Shown here: piece by piece, positions 1-9,782 of the stretch
Numbering within the stretch: the stretch's first letter is position 1
Layout: each line of letters begins with the position of its first letter
Assembly: GCA_964609375.1 (NCBI GenBank)
Contig: CAZSSA010000007.1
Coordinates: 1-52,926, forward strand
DNA length: 52,926 nucleotides
DNA from: an uncultured Verrucomicrobiota bacterium
Lineage (GTDB): Bacteria > Verrucomicrobiota > Kiritimatiellia > CAIKKV01 > CAITUY01
Reading direction: 5' to 3'
Notes under the pieces: model-generated
What the model saw: the letters and a program-made list of their open reading frames with translations, nothing else
Told to the model about the DNA's origin: nothing
Database searches by the model: none
Program-made: the position numbers and the translations under genes

Positions 1-128
1 CCCGGCCCTTAAACAATTCGACCACAGGGAATATCCCTATTGCCGCCCCTATGCGGGAGGGGCACTACGTGCCGCGACTCCCCGCCTGCCCAACTCCTGT
101 CAAACACTCTCTCGACATGAACTCAGAC

Positions 129-157
129 TTGACTCCCTGCGCCCAACTCGCCACCAT
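129..157 (+). promoter_or_regulatory. Putative sigma70-type promoter for tRNA-Arg
   Basis: TTGACT (129-134), 17-nt spacer, CACCAT (152-157), about 90 nt upstream of the tRNA; the -10 is a weak match. Confidence 0.4.
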
Positions 158-190
158 ACGCGCGCAATTCGGGAATATCTGGCGGATGTC

Positions 191-238
191 ATGGTTGGGG
201 TTCTCCCCATCAACCATTAACCATCAACCATACTCCAT
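191..238. repeat. Heptamer tandem array with an inverted copy (hairpin)
   Basis: tccccat caaccat taaccat caaccat actccat (204-238); atggttg (191-197) is the reverse complement of caaccat. Confidence 0.75.
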
Positions 239-246
239 TCCTTTCT

Positions 247-322
247 GCGGCTGTAGCCTAATGGACAAGGCATCTGACTTCGGATCAGAAGATTACAGGT
301 TCGACTCCTGTCAGCCGCGCCA
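247..322 (+). tRNA. tRNA-Arg (anticodon TCG)
   Basis: Full cloverleaf read by eye: acceptor GCGGCTG/CAGCCGC, D-arm GCC-TAATGGACAA-GGC, anticodon arm TCTGA-CTTCGGA-TCAGA (TCG at 280-282), T-arm ACAGG-TTCGACT-CCTGT, encoded CCA at 320-322. Confidence 0.96.
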
Positions 323-353
323 CTTAGAAGAAACCCTGAGCCGAGAGGACGCG

Positions 354-1574
354 TCAACCGCCAATCAGCTTGTTGAGCGAAACAATCGGCAGGAGAACCG
401 ATAGCACCACCAGTAAGACAAACGCACCCACACTGAAAATCAACACCGGCTCAAGCCAACTCAACGTACGCGTCACAAACCGGTTCCACCGCTGCTGCAT
501 CGCTGTCCCCGCCGTCTCCAGCAACTTCTCCAGCGACCCGCTCGCCTCCCCGGCCTGTATCCATGCCGGCAACGCCGCCGCCAGGGGCGGTATCCGTCGA
601 ATCGCATCCGCCAGACTGCTTCCATGCCGGACGGCCTTCGATTCCTCCTCCGCCAGACGTCCAACCCATGCGCTTCCCGTCGCACGCCCCGCCAACGCCA
701 GCGCCTCCACCATCCCCACTCCGCCTTTCAATAAAATCGCCAGCGTCCGCGCACACCGCAAATTGGCCACAATCGTATATCCACGCCCAATCACCGGCAC
801 CCGGAACAACATCCGGTCCACACGACAACGCCACTCCAAATCCGCCGCCAATCGCCGCCGCACATAACTCACCACAAACACCCCCACCAACGCCAGCACC
901 GGCGCCCCCCACAACATCACCCGCCCAATCCCCATCATCACCCGCGTCAGCAACGGCAACGATGCCCCCCCATGCTCCCCAAGCACCTTCGCCGCCGAAG
1001 GCACCACCACCCCCAGCATCACAATGGCCACCACAATCGCAAACCCAATGATGATCCCGGGGTAAATCATGGCGGACAACACACGCTCATGGAGAAGCTG
1101 CTGCTCCTCCAAAAAACCCGCCAACCGGTCAAGCATCGCCTCCAAACTGCCAGACCGCTCCCCCACCTCCAAAATCGCCCGCTCAAACGGCTTGACCGAT
1201 GCCGACGCCTCGCTTAAAGCCGTCGCCAGCGATGCCCCTTCCCGTATCCTGTCCCGCACCCCCGCCATCATCGTTGCCGAAGCCCCCAATTCCGGCGCCT
1301 CAATCAGAATTTCCAGCGCGTTGACCAGGGGCATGCCGGAAACCATGAGGACACTCATTTCACGATAGAAGGCCACACGCGCCTCGGCGCCGAATCCCTG
1401 CCGGCCAACCCTGAAACCCTCACCCCGCGCCTCATGCTCCGCAGGGGTCACCTCTTCCGGCAGCACGCCGCGCGCCGATAGTTTCTCGCGCGCTTCTTTC
1501 AGATCAAGCGCTTCCACCAGCCCGCGCCTTACCGCGCCGGTGTTGTCATACCCTTTATAGGCGTACGTCTTCAC
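354..1574 (-). CDS. gspF: Type II secretion system F-family inner-membrane platform protein (GspF/PilC)
   Basis: N-terminal YAYKGYD..G...G.VEA, two T2SSF repeats (SGMPLVNALEIL; GGVGMVEALAL), GE.SGSLE motifs, three TM segments; GTG start overlaps the gspE stop. Confidence 0.93.
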   Translation of the reverse strand: MKTYAYKGYDNTGAVRRGLVEALDLKEAREKLSARGVLPEEVTPAEHEARGEGFRVGRQGFGAEARVAFYREMSVLMVSGMPLVNALEILIEAPELGASATMMAGVRDRIREGASLATALSEASASVKPFERAILEVGERSGSLEAMLDRLAGFLEEQQLLHERVLSAMIYPGIIIGFAIVVAIVMLGVVVPSAAKVLGEHGGASLPLLTRVMMGIGRVMLWGAPVLALVGVFVVSYVRRRLAADLEWRCRVDRMLFRVPVIGRGYTIVANLRCARTLAILLKGGVGMVEALALAGRATGSAWVGRLAEEESKAVRHGSSLADAIRRIPPLAAALPAWIQAGEASGSLEKLLETAGTAMQQRWNRFVTRTLSWLEPVLIFSVGAFVLLVVLSVLLPIVSLNKLIGG

Positions 1575-3151
1575 GCGCCGGAAATCCCCAACGCATACAG
1601 AACCTCAGCAAGACTCGTCCGGCCATCGAGAACCTTGGCCAACCCGTCGTCCAACAGGGTACGCCGCACACCCATGCCGGGCGCCATCTTTAACTGGCGC
1701 CCCGCCGACGTTCCCGCCCGCATCGCCTCCTGCATCGCCTCATCCACCACCAGTAGTTCATAGATCCCGATCCGGCCATGATACCCCGCCAGACAGTCCG
1801 CACATCCCCCCGGCTCATAAACGGTCCGCCCCGCCAATGGCCGCCCCGCTTCCCCCAGTAACGCCAGTTCCTCCGCCCGTACCGCCACCGGCTTCCGGCA
1901 GGAAGGACAAAGTTTCCGCACCAACCGCTGGGCCAGAATCCCGCGCAACGCCGCCGCCAGCAAGTAGGACTCCACCCCCATATCCATCATCCGGATCATC
2001 GCGCCAGCCGCATCATTCGTGTGGAGCGTCGTAAACACAAGATGCCCCGTCAACGAGGCCCTGACCGCTATTTCCGCCGTCTCGTTGTCTCGCGTTTCCC
2101 CCACCAGAATCACATCCGGATCCTGACGCAAAATATGGCGAAGCCCGCCGGCAAACGTCAACCCGATCTTGGGCTTCACCTGCATCTGCCCGATTTCAGG
2201 CAGTTGATACTCCACCGGATCCTCGATGGTCAGGACGTTCCGCCCTTTCGTATCAAGCTGACGGATGGAGCCATACAACGTGGTCGTCTTCCCGCTTCCC
2301 GTCGGCCCGCAGACAATCATCAAGCCATGAGCCTCTCTTAACAGCGACTCCCAGGTCCGCTGAACACCCTCCGGCATACCCAACGCCGCCAGCGGCAGCA
2401 CGGACGACTCCCGGTTGAGCAACCGCAATACCACACGCTCGCCTTCCCCCACAGGAATCGTGGAAACACGGACATCGATCTCCCGTTCACCCACCCGGAC
2501 CCGCGCTGATCCATCCTGCGGCAGACGCTTCTCGGCAATATCCAGATGCGCCATCACCTTCATTCGGGAGACCAGCGCACGCTCCAACCGCTTGGGCGGC
2601 GACGCCTGCTCATACAACAACCCATCCACCCGGTACCGCACCCGCAACCGCGAATCAAAGGGTTCCACATGAATATCCGATGCCCGCGCCTTGAGGGCCT
2701 CCAGTAAAATCAGATTGACCAATTGCGTAACAGGCGCGTCTTCAGTGGACTTGAGCAAATCGTCGGACCGGGATTCCTCCTCCGCGCCCGCCCCGCCCCC
2801 ATCACGCCCAAGCCCGCGAAGAAAATCAGCCGCCGTTCCTTTCCGGCTGAAATAGCACCGCTCAATGCAATTCAGGATCACCGCCCGCGGCGCCACCACC
2901 GGACGCAATTCCGAACCCAATGCCAAGGCCACATCTTCCTGCTGGCGTAGATTATCCGGGTCCGCCGTCAGCAGGCACAACACGCCGTCCCGCCGGATCG
3001 GCAGCACGGCATGCGCCCGCGCCCATTCCACCGGTATTCCGGAAATCAGCGTGGCATCCAGCAACTCATCGCCTACCTCGGCAAGAAAGGGCATGCCCAA
3101 CGCCGCCGCCTGCCGGCTCAAGTCCTCAACGGTATCCGTGGTGTTTTCCAT
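1571..3151 (-). CDS. gspE: Type II secretion/type IV pilus assembly ATPase (GspE/PulE)
   Basis: Walker A GPTGSGKTTT, TIEDPVEY, LRQDPDVILVGETRD, GHLVFTTLHTND, tetracysteine CPSC..CADC. Confidence 0.96.
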   Translation of the reverse strand: MENTTDTVEDLSRQAAALGMPFLAEVGDELLDATLISGIPVEWARAHAVLPIRRDGVLCLLTADPDNLRQQEDVALALGSELRPVVAPRAVILNCIERCYFSRKGTAADFLRGLGRDGGGAGAEEESRSDDLLKSTEDAPVTQLVNLILLEALKARASDIHVEPFDSRLRVRYRVDGLLYEQASPPKRLERALVSRMKVMAHLDIAEKRLPQDGSARVRVGEREIDVRVSTIPVGEGERVVLRLLNRESSVLPLAALGMPEGVQRTWESLLREAHGLMIVCGPTGSGKTTTLYGSIRQLDTKGRNVLTIEDPVEYQLPEIGQMQVKPKIGLTFAGGLRHILRQDPDVILVGETRDNETAEIAVRASLTGHLVFTTLHTNDAAGAMIRMMDMGVESYLLAAALRGILAQRLVRKLCPSCRKPVAVRAEELALLGEAGRPLAGRTVYEPGGCADCLAGYHGRIGIYELLVVDEAMQEAMRAGTSAGRQLKMAPGMGVRRTLLDDGLAKVLDGRTSLAEVLYALGISGA

Positions 3152-3154
3152 AGA

Positions 3155-5173
3155 TCAGCGAGCCGTCGCGGGAGCCTTGGTCGCCCCTTCGGTCAGATTG
3201 GTCGCGCTCAGTCCCGTGCGCTGGCTCCAACTCTGCGTCATCGCCTCCGCCGCCGCACTGTCGCCCAGCACATGCGGGGTCACAAAGATGATCAGATTCG
3301 TCCGCTCAACACTATCCACCTTGTGCCGGAACAAGATGCCAAGAATCGGAATAGCCCCCAGAATGGGAACCCGCCGAACCGAATTGATCCGGTCCTCCCG
3401 GATCAACCCGCTGATCACAATCGTTCGCCCGTCGGGAACCGTCACCGTGGTCGAAACCGACCGCTTGGCAATCGTCGGCGTATACTGCCCCGACGGCCCC
3501 TGATCAATAATCGCCTCTATGCTCGGGTTCAACACCATGCGAACCTCGTTGGACGGATTGATATGCGGCGTCAGCTTCAACTTGATCCCCACATCCACCC
3601 GCTCAATGTTCTGAATGACATCGCGCGAGGTTCCCGACCCGCCCTGTATCGTGGACTTCAGGACGGGAATATTATTCACCACACTGACGCTCGCCTCCTT
3701 GTTGTCCTGCGACAACAGCGGGACACTCGACAGGATCTTGACTTTCCCCTTCTTCTGCAGGGCATTGATGTTGATCGCCGCCGGGAAACCCGAGACAATC
3801 TTCCCATCGGCGTCCACCCGGGTACCCTGCGCCATCCCGATGGTAATGCCGCGCGGGAACACCCCGTTCTGGATCGATGTCATCAAGGCGTTGGCTCCAT
3901 CACTAAGGGTACTGGCTCCCTGCACAACCGTATCCCCGACCTTGGACGGCATATTGATCGCCGCCATTTCAACACCCACGTCCAGGGATTCATCCGCCCC
4001 GATCTCGGCAATGACAACCTCGATCATCACCTGCTGCGGCATCCGGTCCAGTTGCTCCACCAGCGTCCGCACATACTCGAATTCCGTCGGAGACCCGCTC
4101 ACCAGCAACGCATTGTTGGCCGCCATGAAATCGATCGCCACCCGCTGCTCGGTTCCTGCCTTGGGATCCTTGCCCAGGGCCTTCTGCAATAATCCGTTCA
4201 GACTCTTGGCCGCTTCCTCGGAGGAAATGTACTTGAGAAACACGGCATGCAGAGTCCCCTGCCCCGCCGTCGACTCCACATCAATCAGCTTCAAAATCTT
4301 GACGATCTCGGCAATATCAACCGCCGGCCCCACCATGATAATGCTGTTGGAATGCGGCGCGGCAAAAAGCGTCAACGGCGTCCCGCTCTTCATGGGGACC
4401 CCATCCCGGATCATTCCGCGTGGCGCCTGCCCCGCAATCGCCCGGCTGTACTGCTGCACAAAATCCGCCGCACTCGCCACTTTCATCGCGTAAACTTCAC
4501 TGACCGCTCCCGAGCCGGGCTTGTCTATCTCCGCCACCAATTGCTCAAAACGCCTGATATTGTCCGTCGTATCCGTGACAATCAGATGATTCGTCGCCTC
4601 GATGATCGCCACCGATCCGCCTTTGTCGCGCCCGGCCAGGGCTTCCATCACCTTGCGCATGTCCGCCACACTGGTATGGCGCAGACGGATCACCCGCGTC
4701 ACCAGCCCGGAAACCGGCATCCGCTGCCCTTCGCCAATGACCGGAGCCGATGGCGTCGTGCGCTGCCCCATCAAAACCACCCGGCTGATCCCCCCATCCT
4801 CCACCACGGCACAACCACTGGACTCAAGAATCCTCAGGGAAAGAACATAGGCATCGGAAACCGGTATGCGCGGCGCTAGAACCGTAACCTGCCCCTTGAC
4901 CGCCTCATCCACCACAAACCGCTTCCCGGTCACTTCCCCGATCACCTTGATAAACGTCCGCACGTCCACACGATCAAAACTGAAGTTGATCGTGGATGGG
5001 TTATTCGTTTCAGCGGCAGGGGCTTGTACCGGCTCCTGTGGAACCGCCGGCAAGACAGTCGCCAGCAAAACACCGGCAACGGGCGCCCACCAACGGCACA
5101 GGCCCTTGATCGTAACAACGGTTGTAAACGGCGTTCGCACCGTACCACCTCCCGCCGCCCGCCGGGGCGTCAC
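3155..5173 (-). CDS. gspD: Type II secretion secretin (GspD)
   Basis: N0 domain (FSFDRVDVRTFIKVIGEVTGKRFVVD), Secretin_N repeats, QVMIEVVIAEI, C-terminal VPILGAIPILGILF..RTNLIIFVTPHV. Exact start uncertain. Confidence 0.94.
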   Translation of the reverse strand: MTPRRAAGGGTVRTPFTTVVTIKGLCRWWAPVAGVLLATVLPAVPQEPVQAPAAETNNPSTINFSFDRVDVRTFIKVIGEVTGKRFVVDEAVKGQVTVLAPRIPVSDAYVLSLRILESSGCAVVEDGGISRVVLMGQRTTPSAPVIGEGQRMPVSGLVTRVIRLRHTSVADMRKVMEALAGRDKGGSVAIIEATNHLIVTDTTDNIRRFEQLVAEIDKPGSGAVSEVYAMKVASAADFVQQYSRAIAGQAPRGMIRDGVPMKSGTPLTLFAAPHSNSIIMVGPAVDIAEIVKILKLIDVESTAGQGTLHAVFLKYISSEEAAKSLNGLLQKALGKDPKAGTEQRVAIDFMAANNALLVSGSPTEFEYVRTLVEQLDRMPQQVMIEVVIAEIGADESLDVGVEMAAINMPSKVGDTVVQGASTLSDGANALMTSIQNGVFPRGITIGMAQGTRVDADGKIVSGFPAAININALQKKGKVKILSSVPLLSQDNKEASVSVVNNIPVLKSTIQGGSGTSRDVIQNIERVDVGIKLKLTPHINPSNEVRMVLNPSIEAIIDQGPSGQYTPTIAKRSVSTTVTVPDGRTIVISGLIREDRINSVRRVPILGAIPILGILFRHKVDSVERTNLIIFVTPHVLGDSAAAEAMTQSWSQRTGLSATNLTEGATKAPATAR

Positions 5174-5943
5174 TTCACAATACCCCGTTCAGACGATTCA
5201 ATGAACTTGATGATGTATTCGACTTCCGCCGTCATGGCCAGTTCAGCACGGATTTTCTCCAGCGCCTGGCGAGTCGACAATCCTTCGCGGTAAAGAATCT
5301 TGAAGAGCTTCTTGATCAACCCCTGCGTTTCCGCCGGAATATTCAGCCGCTGCAACTTGATGGAGTTGATCCCATGCACCACGGCCGGATTCCCCTCCAC
5401 CAGCATGTACGGCGGAACATCCTGCGTGATCCTCGACATCCCCCCGATCATCGCAAAACGCCCAAGCCGGGTGAACTGGTGAATCCCCGTCATCCCGCCA
5501 ATCGTCACATCGTCCTCCACCAGTACATCACCGGAAAGCGAGGCACCGTTGGCCATGATCACGCGGTTGCCAACCTTGGAGCCGTGCGCCACATGGCAAT
5601 ACGCCATGATCAAACACCCATCCCCCACCTTGGTCACTTCGCCATCCGCCGTTCCCGAATTAATCGTCACATACTCGCGGATCGTCGCCCGGGCGCCAAT
5701 CTCAACATAGGTCGTCCCACCCTTGTACTTCAGGTCCTGCGTCAGGGACCCCACGCTCGCAAACGGAAATACCGTGCATTCCGGACCCAGCGTGGTATGC
5801 CCATCCAGAAAAACATGCGGCATGATCTTCGAACGATCACCCACCTTCACATGGGGGCCGATCACGGCATAGGCGCCAACCTCTGCGTCCACCCCGATCT
5901 CGGCCCCTTCGTGCACCACGGCCGAAGGATGTATGCACGTCAT
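5170..5943 (-). CDS. lpxA: Acyl-ACP--UDP-N-acetylglucosamine O-acyltransferase
   Basis: IHPSAVV start, hexapeptide repeats, [22 protein letters not shown]. Start placed at ATG 5943, overlapping the fabZ stop, rather than 5973. Confidence 0.97.
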   Translation of the reverse strand: MTCIHPSAVVHEGAEIGVDAEVGAYAVIGPHVKVGDRSKIMPHVFLDGHTTLGPECTVFPFASVGSLTQDLKYKGGTTYVEIGARATIREYVTINSGTADGEVTKVGDGCLIMAYCHVAHGSKVGNRVIMANGASLSGDVLVEDDVTIGGMTGIHQFTRLGRFAMIGGMSRITQDVPPYMLVEGNPAVVHGINSIKLQRLNIPAETQGLIKKLFKILYREGLSTRQALEKIRAELAMTAEVEYIIKFIESSERGIVK

Positions 5944-6386
5944 GCCGTCACCTTCTTGTCGGAAATCATGCACATCATTTCCGCTTCCGACGCCAACTCG
6001 CCATCCACCAGAATCTTCCCCTGGAACTTGGCAAGCTTGCTCTTGATCGTGATGAACTCCACCTCAATACGCATCTGGTCCCCCGGCTTGACCACACGCC
6101 GGAAGCGGGCTTTGTCGATCGCCATGAAATACGGCACCCGCTCGCCTCCTCCAGCCACCCGGTTCATCAGAATCCCCCCGGTTTGCGCCATGGCCTCCAA
6201 CTGCAACACCCCGGGCATCACCGGCGTCCCGGGGAAATGCCCCTGGAAAAAAGGCTCATTGATCGTCACATTCTTGATGCCCACAATGCGCTTCTGGTCA
6301 TCACACTCGACAACCTTGTCCACCAGTAAAAACGGATACCGGTGCGGAAGCAACTTCATGATTTCTTGTATATCCAGAGTCACCAT
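5940..6386 (-). CDS. fabZ: 3-hydroxyacyl-ACP dehydratase
   Basis: [40 protein letters not shown]. Confidence 0.97.
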   Translation of the reverse strand: MVTLDIQEIMKLLPHRYPFLLVDKVVECDDQKRIVGIKNVTINEPFFQGHFPGTPVMPGVLQLEAMAQTGGILMNRVAGGGERVPYFMAIDKARFRRVVKPGDQMRIEVEFITIKSKLAKFQGKILVDGELASEAEMMCMISDKKVTA

Positions 6387-6404
6387 AGCTTTTTTCCTCT
6401 CACC

Positions 6405-7568
6405 TCAGATGGCGGACAGCAGGGCATTCACTTTATCGACCTTCTCCCACGTGAACACCTCAAGATTGTTGACCCGGCCAAAATGACCGTAGGCCGACGT
6501 CTGCTCGTAAATCGGGCGCAACAGGTTCAACTGCTTGATGATCTCGGCCGGCTTCAGACCAAACACCTTCCGGACCGCCTTGGCAATCTTCTCGTCCTTC
6601 ACCACTCCCGTCCCGAATGTATCCACATGCACCGAGACCGGATCCGGATAACCAATGGCATACGCCACCTGCACTTCGCAACGCCGGGCCAGCTTCGCCG
6701 CCACCACATTCTTGGCCACATACCGCGCCATGTACGCCGCACTGCGGTCAACCTTCGAAGGATCCTTGCCCGAGAACGCGCCACCGCCATGCCGCCCCAT
6801 TCCGCCATAGGTATCCACGATGATCTTGCGCCCCGTCAACCCGCTGTCCCCGTGGGGGCCACCAATGACGAAACGACCTGTCGGATTGATCAGGAAACGC
6901 GCCTTCTGCAGCAACTTCGCCGGGATCTCCTTCTTGACGATCTCCTCGATGATCCCTTCGCGCAAGGTCTTGTACGACACATCCGGAGAATGCTGCGACG
7001 AAACCACCACCGTATCCACTCGCACCGGGCGGCCATCCTCGTACGCCACCGTCACCTGGGACTTGCCATCCGGACGCAGGAAGGGCAATACCCCTTTCCG
7101 CCGCGCCTGCGCCAGGGCACGGCTGAGCCGGTGCGCAAACATGATGGGCATCGGCATCAATTCCTTCGTCTCATCACACGCATAGCCGAACATCATCCCC
7201 TGGTCGCCGGCCCCCTGCTCCTTGAAAAGCCCCTGCCCCGCCGTCACGCCCTGCGATATATCCGGAGACTGACGATCCATCGCCACCATGACCGCACAAC
7301 TGTCCGCCGAGAAACCCAGCGACGCATCCGTATACCCGATCGCCCGGATCTTCGCCCGAGCCACATCCGTATAGTTGACAATCGCCTTGCTGGTCGTCTC
7401 CCCGGCAATCACCACCAGGCCTGTGCTGACCAGTGTCTCGCAGGCCACACGCGCCTTGGGATCCTGCTTCAGATTGGCGTCCAAAATGGCGTCCGATATG
7501 CCATCCGCCACTTTGTCAGGATGCCCTTCCGAAACCGATTCGGACGTAAATAGATACTTGTCAGCCAT
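6405..7568 (-). CDS. metK: S-adenosylmethionine synthetase
   Basis: [41 protein letters not shown]. Confidence 0.99.
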   Translation of the reverse strand: MADKYLFTSESVSEGHPDKVADGISDAILDANLKQDPKARVACETLVSTGLVVIAGETTSKAIVNYTDVARAKIRAIGYTDASLGFSADSCAVMVAMDRQSPDISQGVTAGQGLFKEQGAGDQGMMFGYACDETKELMPMPIMFAHRLSRALAQARRKGVLPFLRPDGKSQVTVAYEDGRPVRVDTVVVSSQHSPDVSYKTLREGIIEEIVKKEIPAKLLQKARFLINPTGRFVIGGPHGDSGLTGRKIIVDTYGGMGRHGGGAFSGKDPSKVDRSAAYMARYVAKNVVAAKLARRCEVQVAYAIGYPDPVSVHVDTFGTGVVKDEKIAKAVRKVFGLKPAEIIKQLNLLRPIYEQTSAYGHFGRVNNLEVFTWEKVDKVNALLSAI

Positions 7569-7590
7569 ATTCGCCTCTCTCTTGTTGGTA

Positions 7591-7619
7591 GCCGCTGTCC
7601 CCAGCGGCGCTTCTTTTTT
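7591..7619 (+). terminator. GC hairpin followed by T-run in the ptsI-metK gap (antisense orientation to the genes)
   Basis: gccgctg-tccc-cagcggc (7591-7608) then gcttctttttt; terminator geometry only on the + strand. Confidence 0.35.
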
Positions 7620-7687
7620 CGCTTCGGGTTACTACCGCCGTTGATCCGCCCCCTGCGGTCACGGAACTCAAAAGTCTATTCCAATCG

Positions 7688-9466
7688 CTAGACCAATTCA
7701 AGTATTTCGGGCGCCACCTGGGCCGCCAGCGTCCGGCACCGCTCCAGCACCTCCACGGCCGTCCCCGCCGCCAATGCCGCTTCCGCCAGCTCCCTGGCCT
7801 GAACCATGGTAATGCTCCGTATAATCGACTTCACCAGCGGCACCGACGCCGGCACCATGCTAAGCTCATCAATGCCCAACCCAAGCAACAGCGCCGTCAT
7901 CAGGGGATCACCTGCCATCTGGCCGCAAACCCCAACCCAAATTCCCCTGGCGTGCCCGGCGTCAATCGTCGCCTTGATCAGTTTGAGCACCGCCGGATGC
8001 GTCGGTTCATACAGATGAGCCACCCGGTCATTCACCCGGTCCACCGCCAGCGTGTACTGAACCAGGTCATTGGTCCCGATGCTGAAAAACGACACATGCC
8101 GCGCCAGCAAATCAGCCGTCAGGGCGGCCGATGGAATCTCAATCATCACCCCCACCTCAATGCCCTCATCAAAGGAGACCCCCTCCCCGCGCAATTCCAC
8201 CTTGCACTCCTCCAGCAGGGCATTCGCCCGGATAACCTCGCCCACATTGCTGATCATCGGATACATGATCCTGATCTTCCCATGCGCGCTGGCCCGGAGG
8301 ATCGCCCGGAGTTGCGTCTTGAATATCGCCGGCTGCGCCAGGCAAAACCGGATCGCCCGGAACCCGAGAAACGGATTGATCTCCTCCGGCATCTTGACGG
8401 ACGAGGCAAACTTGTCGCCTCCCAGATCCACCGTCCTGACAATCACGCCCGCCGGAGCAAGCATGGCCGCCACATCACGATAGGCGGCACATTGCTCATC
8501 CTCACCCGGAAGATCATTTCTGGCAATATACAGATATTCAGACCGGAACAGCCCAACCCCGTCGGCCCCGCACTTCTTGACATCCTGAACCTCGTCCAGC
8601 AATTCAATGTTCGCCGATAGCACCACCCCGCGCCCATCCTGCGTCGTGGCAGGCTCATCCCTCAACGAATTCAATCCGTTGCGAATCAGCTTGCGGGCTT
8701 CGGAAAGCTGCCCGTACTTGCGCAGGCTTTTCTCGGACGGGTTAAGAATGATGATGCCTTCGGTTCCATCCATCAGGATCGCGTCGCCAGACGTGAGTCG
8801 ATGGGTCACATCGCCCAACCCCACCACCGCCGGCATCCCCAGCGCCCGCGCCATGATCGCCGTATGCGAGGTCGTACTCCCCTGGTCCGTCGCAAATCCA
8901 AGCACCAACTCTTTGCGTAACGACGCCGTCTCCGATGGCGCCAAGTCCGACGCCACAACAATGCTTTTCTCACGAAGCCCGTCCAGAACATGCACCGCCT
9001 CGCCGGACAGATTGCGCAACACACGCCGCGCCACATCCTTCACATCCGCAACCCGCTCGCGAAGATAGTCGTCCTCAACAACCGCCAACGCCTCACCATA
9101 CCGCGCCGCCACCAACCGGACCGCCGTCTCCGCACTCTTGTGCTCATTCTGGATCTTGCGAATGGTCTCCTCGATGAATGCCCCATCGTCCAGAACCATC
9201 TTGTGGACATCGAAAATATTGGCATCGTACTCGCCAATCACCCGCTGGACATTGCGTTGAATGATGTTGATCTGGCGTCGGGTTTCAATAATGGCGGTCT
9301 CAAACCGCATGACCTCACCGGAGATGTCCCCCTCGACAAGCTCCCGGTCTGCAGGCGGCGAATCATCGCTCGTCACCAGGTATACAACGCCAACAGCCAC
9401 GCCGGGCGACACACCAATGCCCTGGATCCGCACTTCCTCCTGGCCATGTTCGTGCTGCTTTTTCAC
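7688..9466 (-). CDS. ptsI: PTS enzyme I (phosphoenolpyruvate-protein phosphotransferase)
   Basis: TSHTAIMAR phospho-His motif, GVGLFRSE, PFLGFRAIR, FSIGTNDLVQY, GVCGQMAG. Confidence 0.97.
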   Translation of the reverse strand: MKKQHEHGQEEVRIQGIGVSPGVAVGVVYLVTSDDSPPADRELVEGDISGEVMRFETAIIETRRQINIIQRNVQRVIGEYDANIFDVHKMVLDDGAFIEETIRKIQNEHKSAETAVRLVAARYGEALAVVEDDYLRERVADVKDVARRVLRNLSGEAVHVLDGLREKSIVVASDLAPSETASLRKELVLGFATDQGSTTSHTAIMARALGMPAVVGLGDVTHRLTSGDAILMDGTEGIIILNPSEKSLRKYGQLSEARKLIRNGLNSLRDEPATTQDGRGVVLSANIELLDEVQDVKKCGADGVGLFRSEYLYIARNDLPGEDEQCAAYRDVAAMLAPAGVIVRTVDLGGDKFASSVKMPEEINPFLGFRAIRFCLAQPAIFKTQLRAILRASAHGKIRIMYPMISNVGEVIRANALLEECKVELRGEGVSFDEGIEVGVMIEIPSAALTADLLARHVSFFSIGTNDLVQYTLAVDRVNDRVAHLYEPTHPAVLKLIKATIDAGHARGIWVGVCGQMAGDPLMTALLLGLGIDELSMVPASVPLVKSIIRSITMVQARELAEAALAAGTAVEVLERCRTLAAQVAPEILELV

Positions 9467-9476
9467 AGCCTGCCTG

Positions 9477-9782
9477 TCAATCCTCGAAAAACTTGCTGTC
9501 CACCAAATGCTGCAGCTCGTTCAACGATTCCTCGGCGTCAACCCCCTCCGCTGTCACCGTCATGACAACACCAAACCCTGCCTCCAACGTCATGAGTCCC
9601 ATGATGCTCTTGCCGGACACCGTGTTGCCATCCTTCTCCACCGTGATGTCGCTCTCAAAACGCGACGCCGTCTTGACAAACAATGCCGCCGGCCTCGCAT
9701 GCAGACCCAGTTGATTGATAATCTTGAGTTGACGAACCAGGATGCGGCCAGCCGATCCACGGATAGATTCACGCTTACTCAT
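9477..9782 (-). CDS. ptsH: Phosphocarrier protein HPr
   Basis: GLHARPAA (His15) and KSIMGLMTL (Ser46); ATG overlaps the hprK stop. Confidence 0.95.
   Translation of the reverse strand: MSKRESIRGSAGRILVRQLKIINQLGLHARPAALFVKTASRFESDITVEKDGNTVSGKSIMGLMTLEAGFGVVMTVTAEGVDAEESLNELQHLVDSKFFED

Noticed and set aside
20-70. REP-like GCCCCT/AGGGGC and AGGGA/TCCCT hairpins at the window start
   Set aside because: Single degenerate occurrence at the edge; no second copy or RAYT gene to support a REP call.
93-313. 10-bp match ACTCCTGTCA (93-102) to the tRNA T-arm (304-313) as an att-site remnant
   Set aside because: Short, upstream rather than downstream of the tRNA, overlaps a minus-strand TTGACA, and no integrase is present.
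51-404. 117-aa + strand ORF from the track
   Set aside because: Runs through the tRNA and its promoter; no protein features.
7569-7687. Assignment to a known SAM or SAH riboswitch class
   Set aside because: Only a CAACGGCG fragment resembles the SAH motif; the other conserved elements are not found. Kept only as an unclassified candidate.
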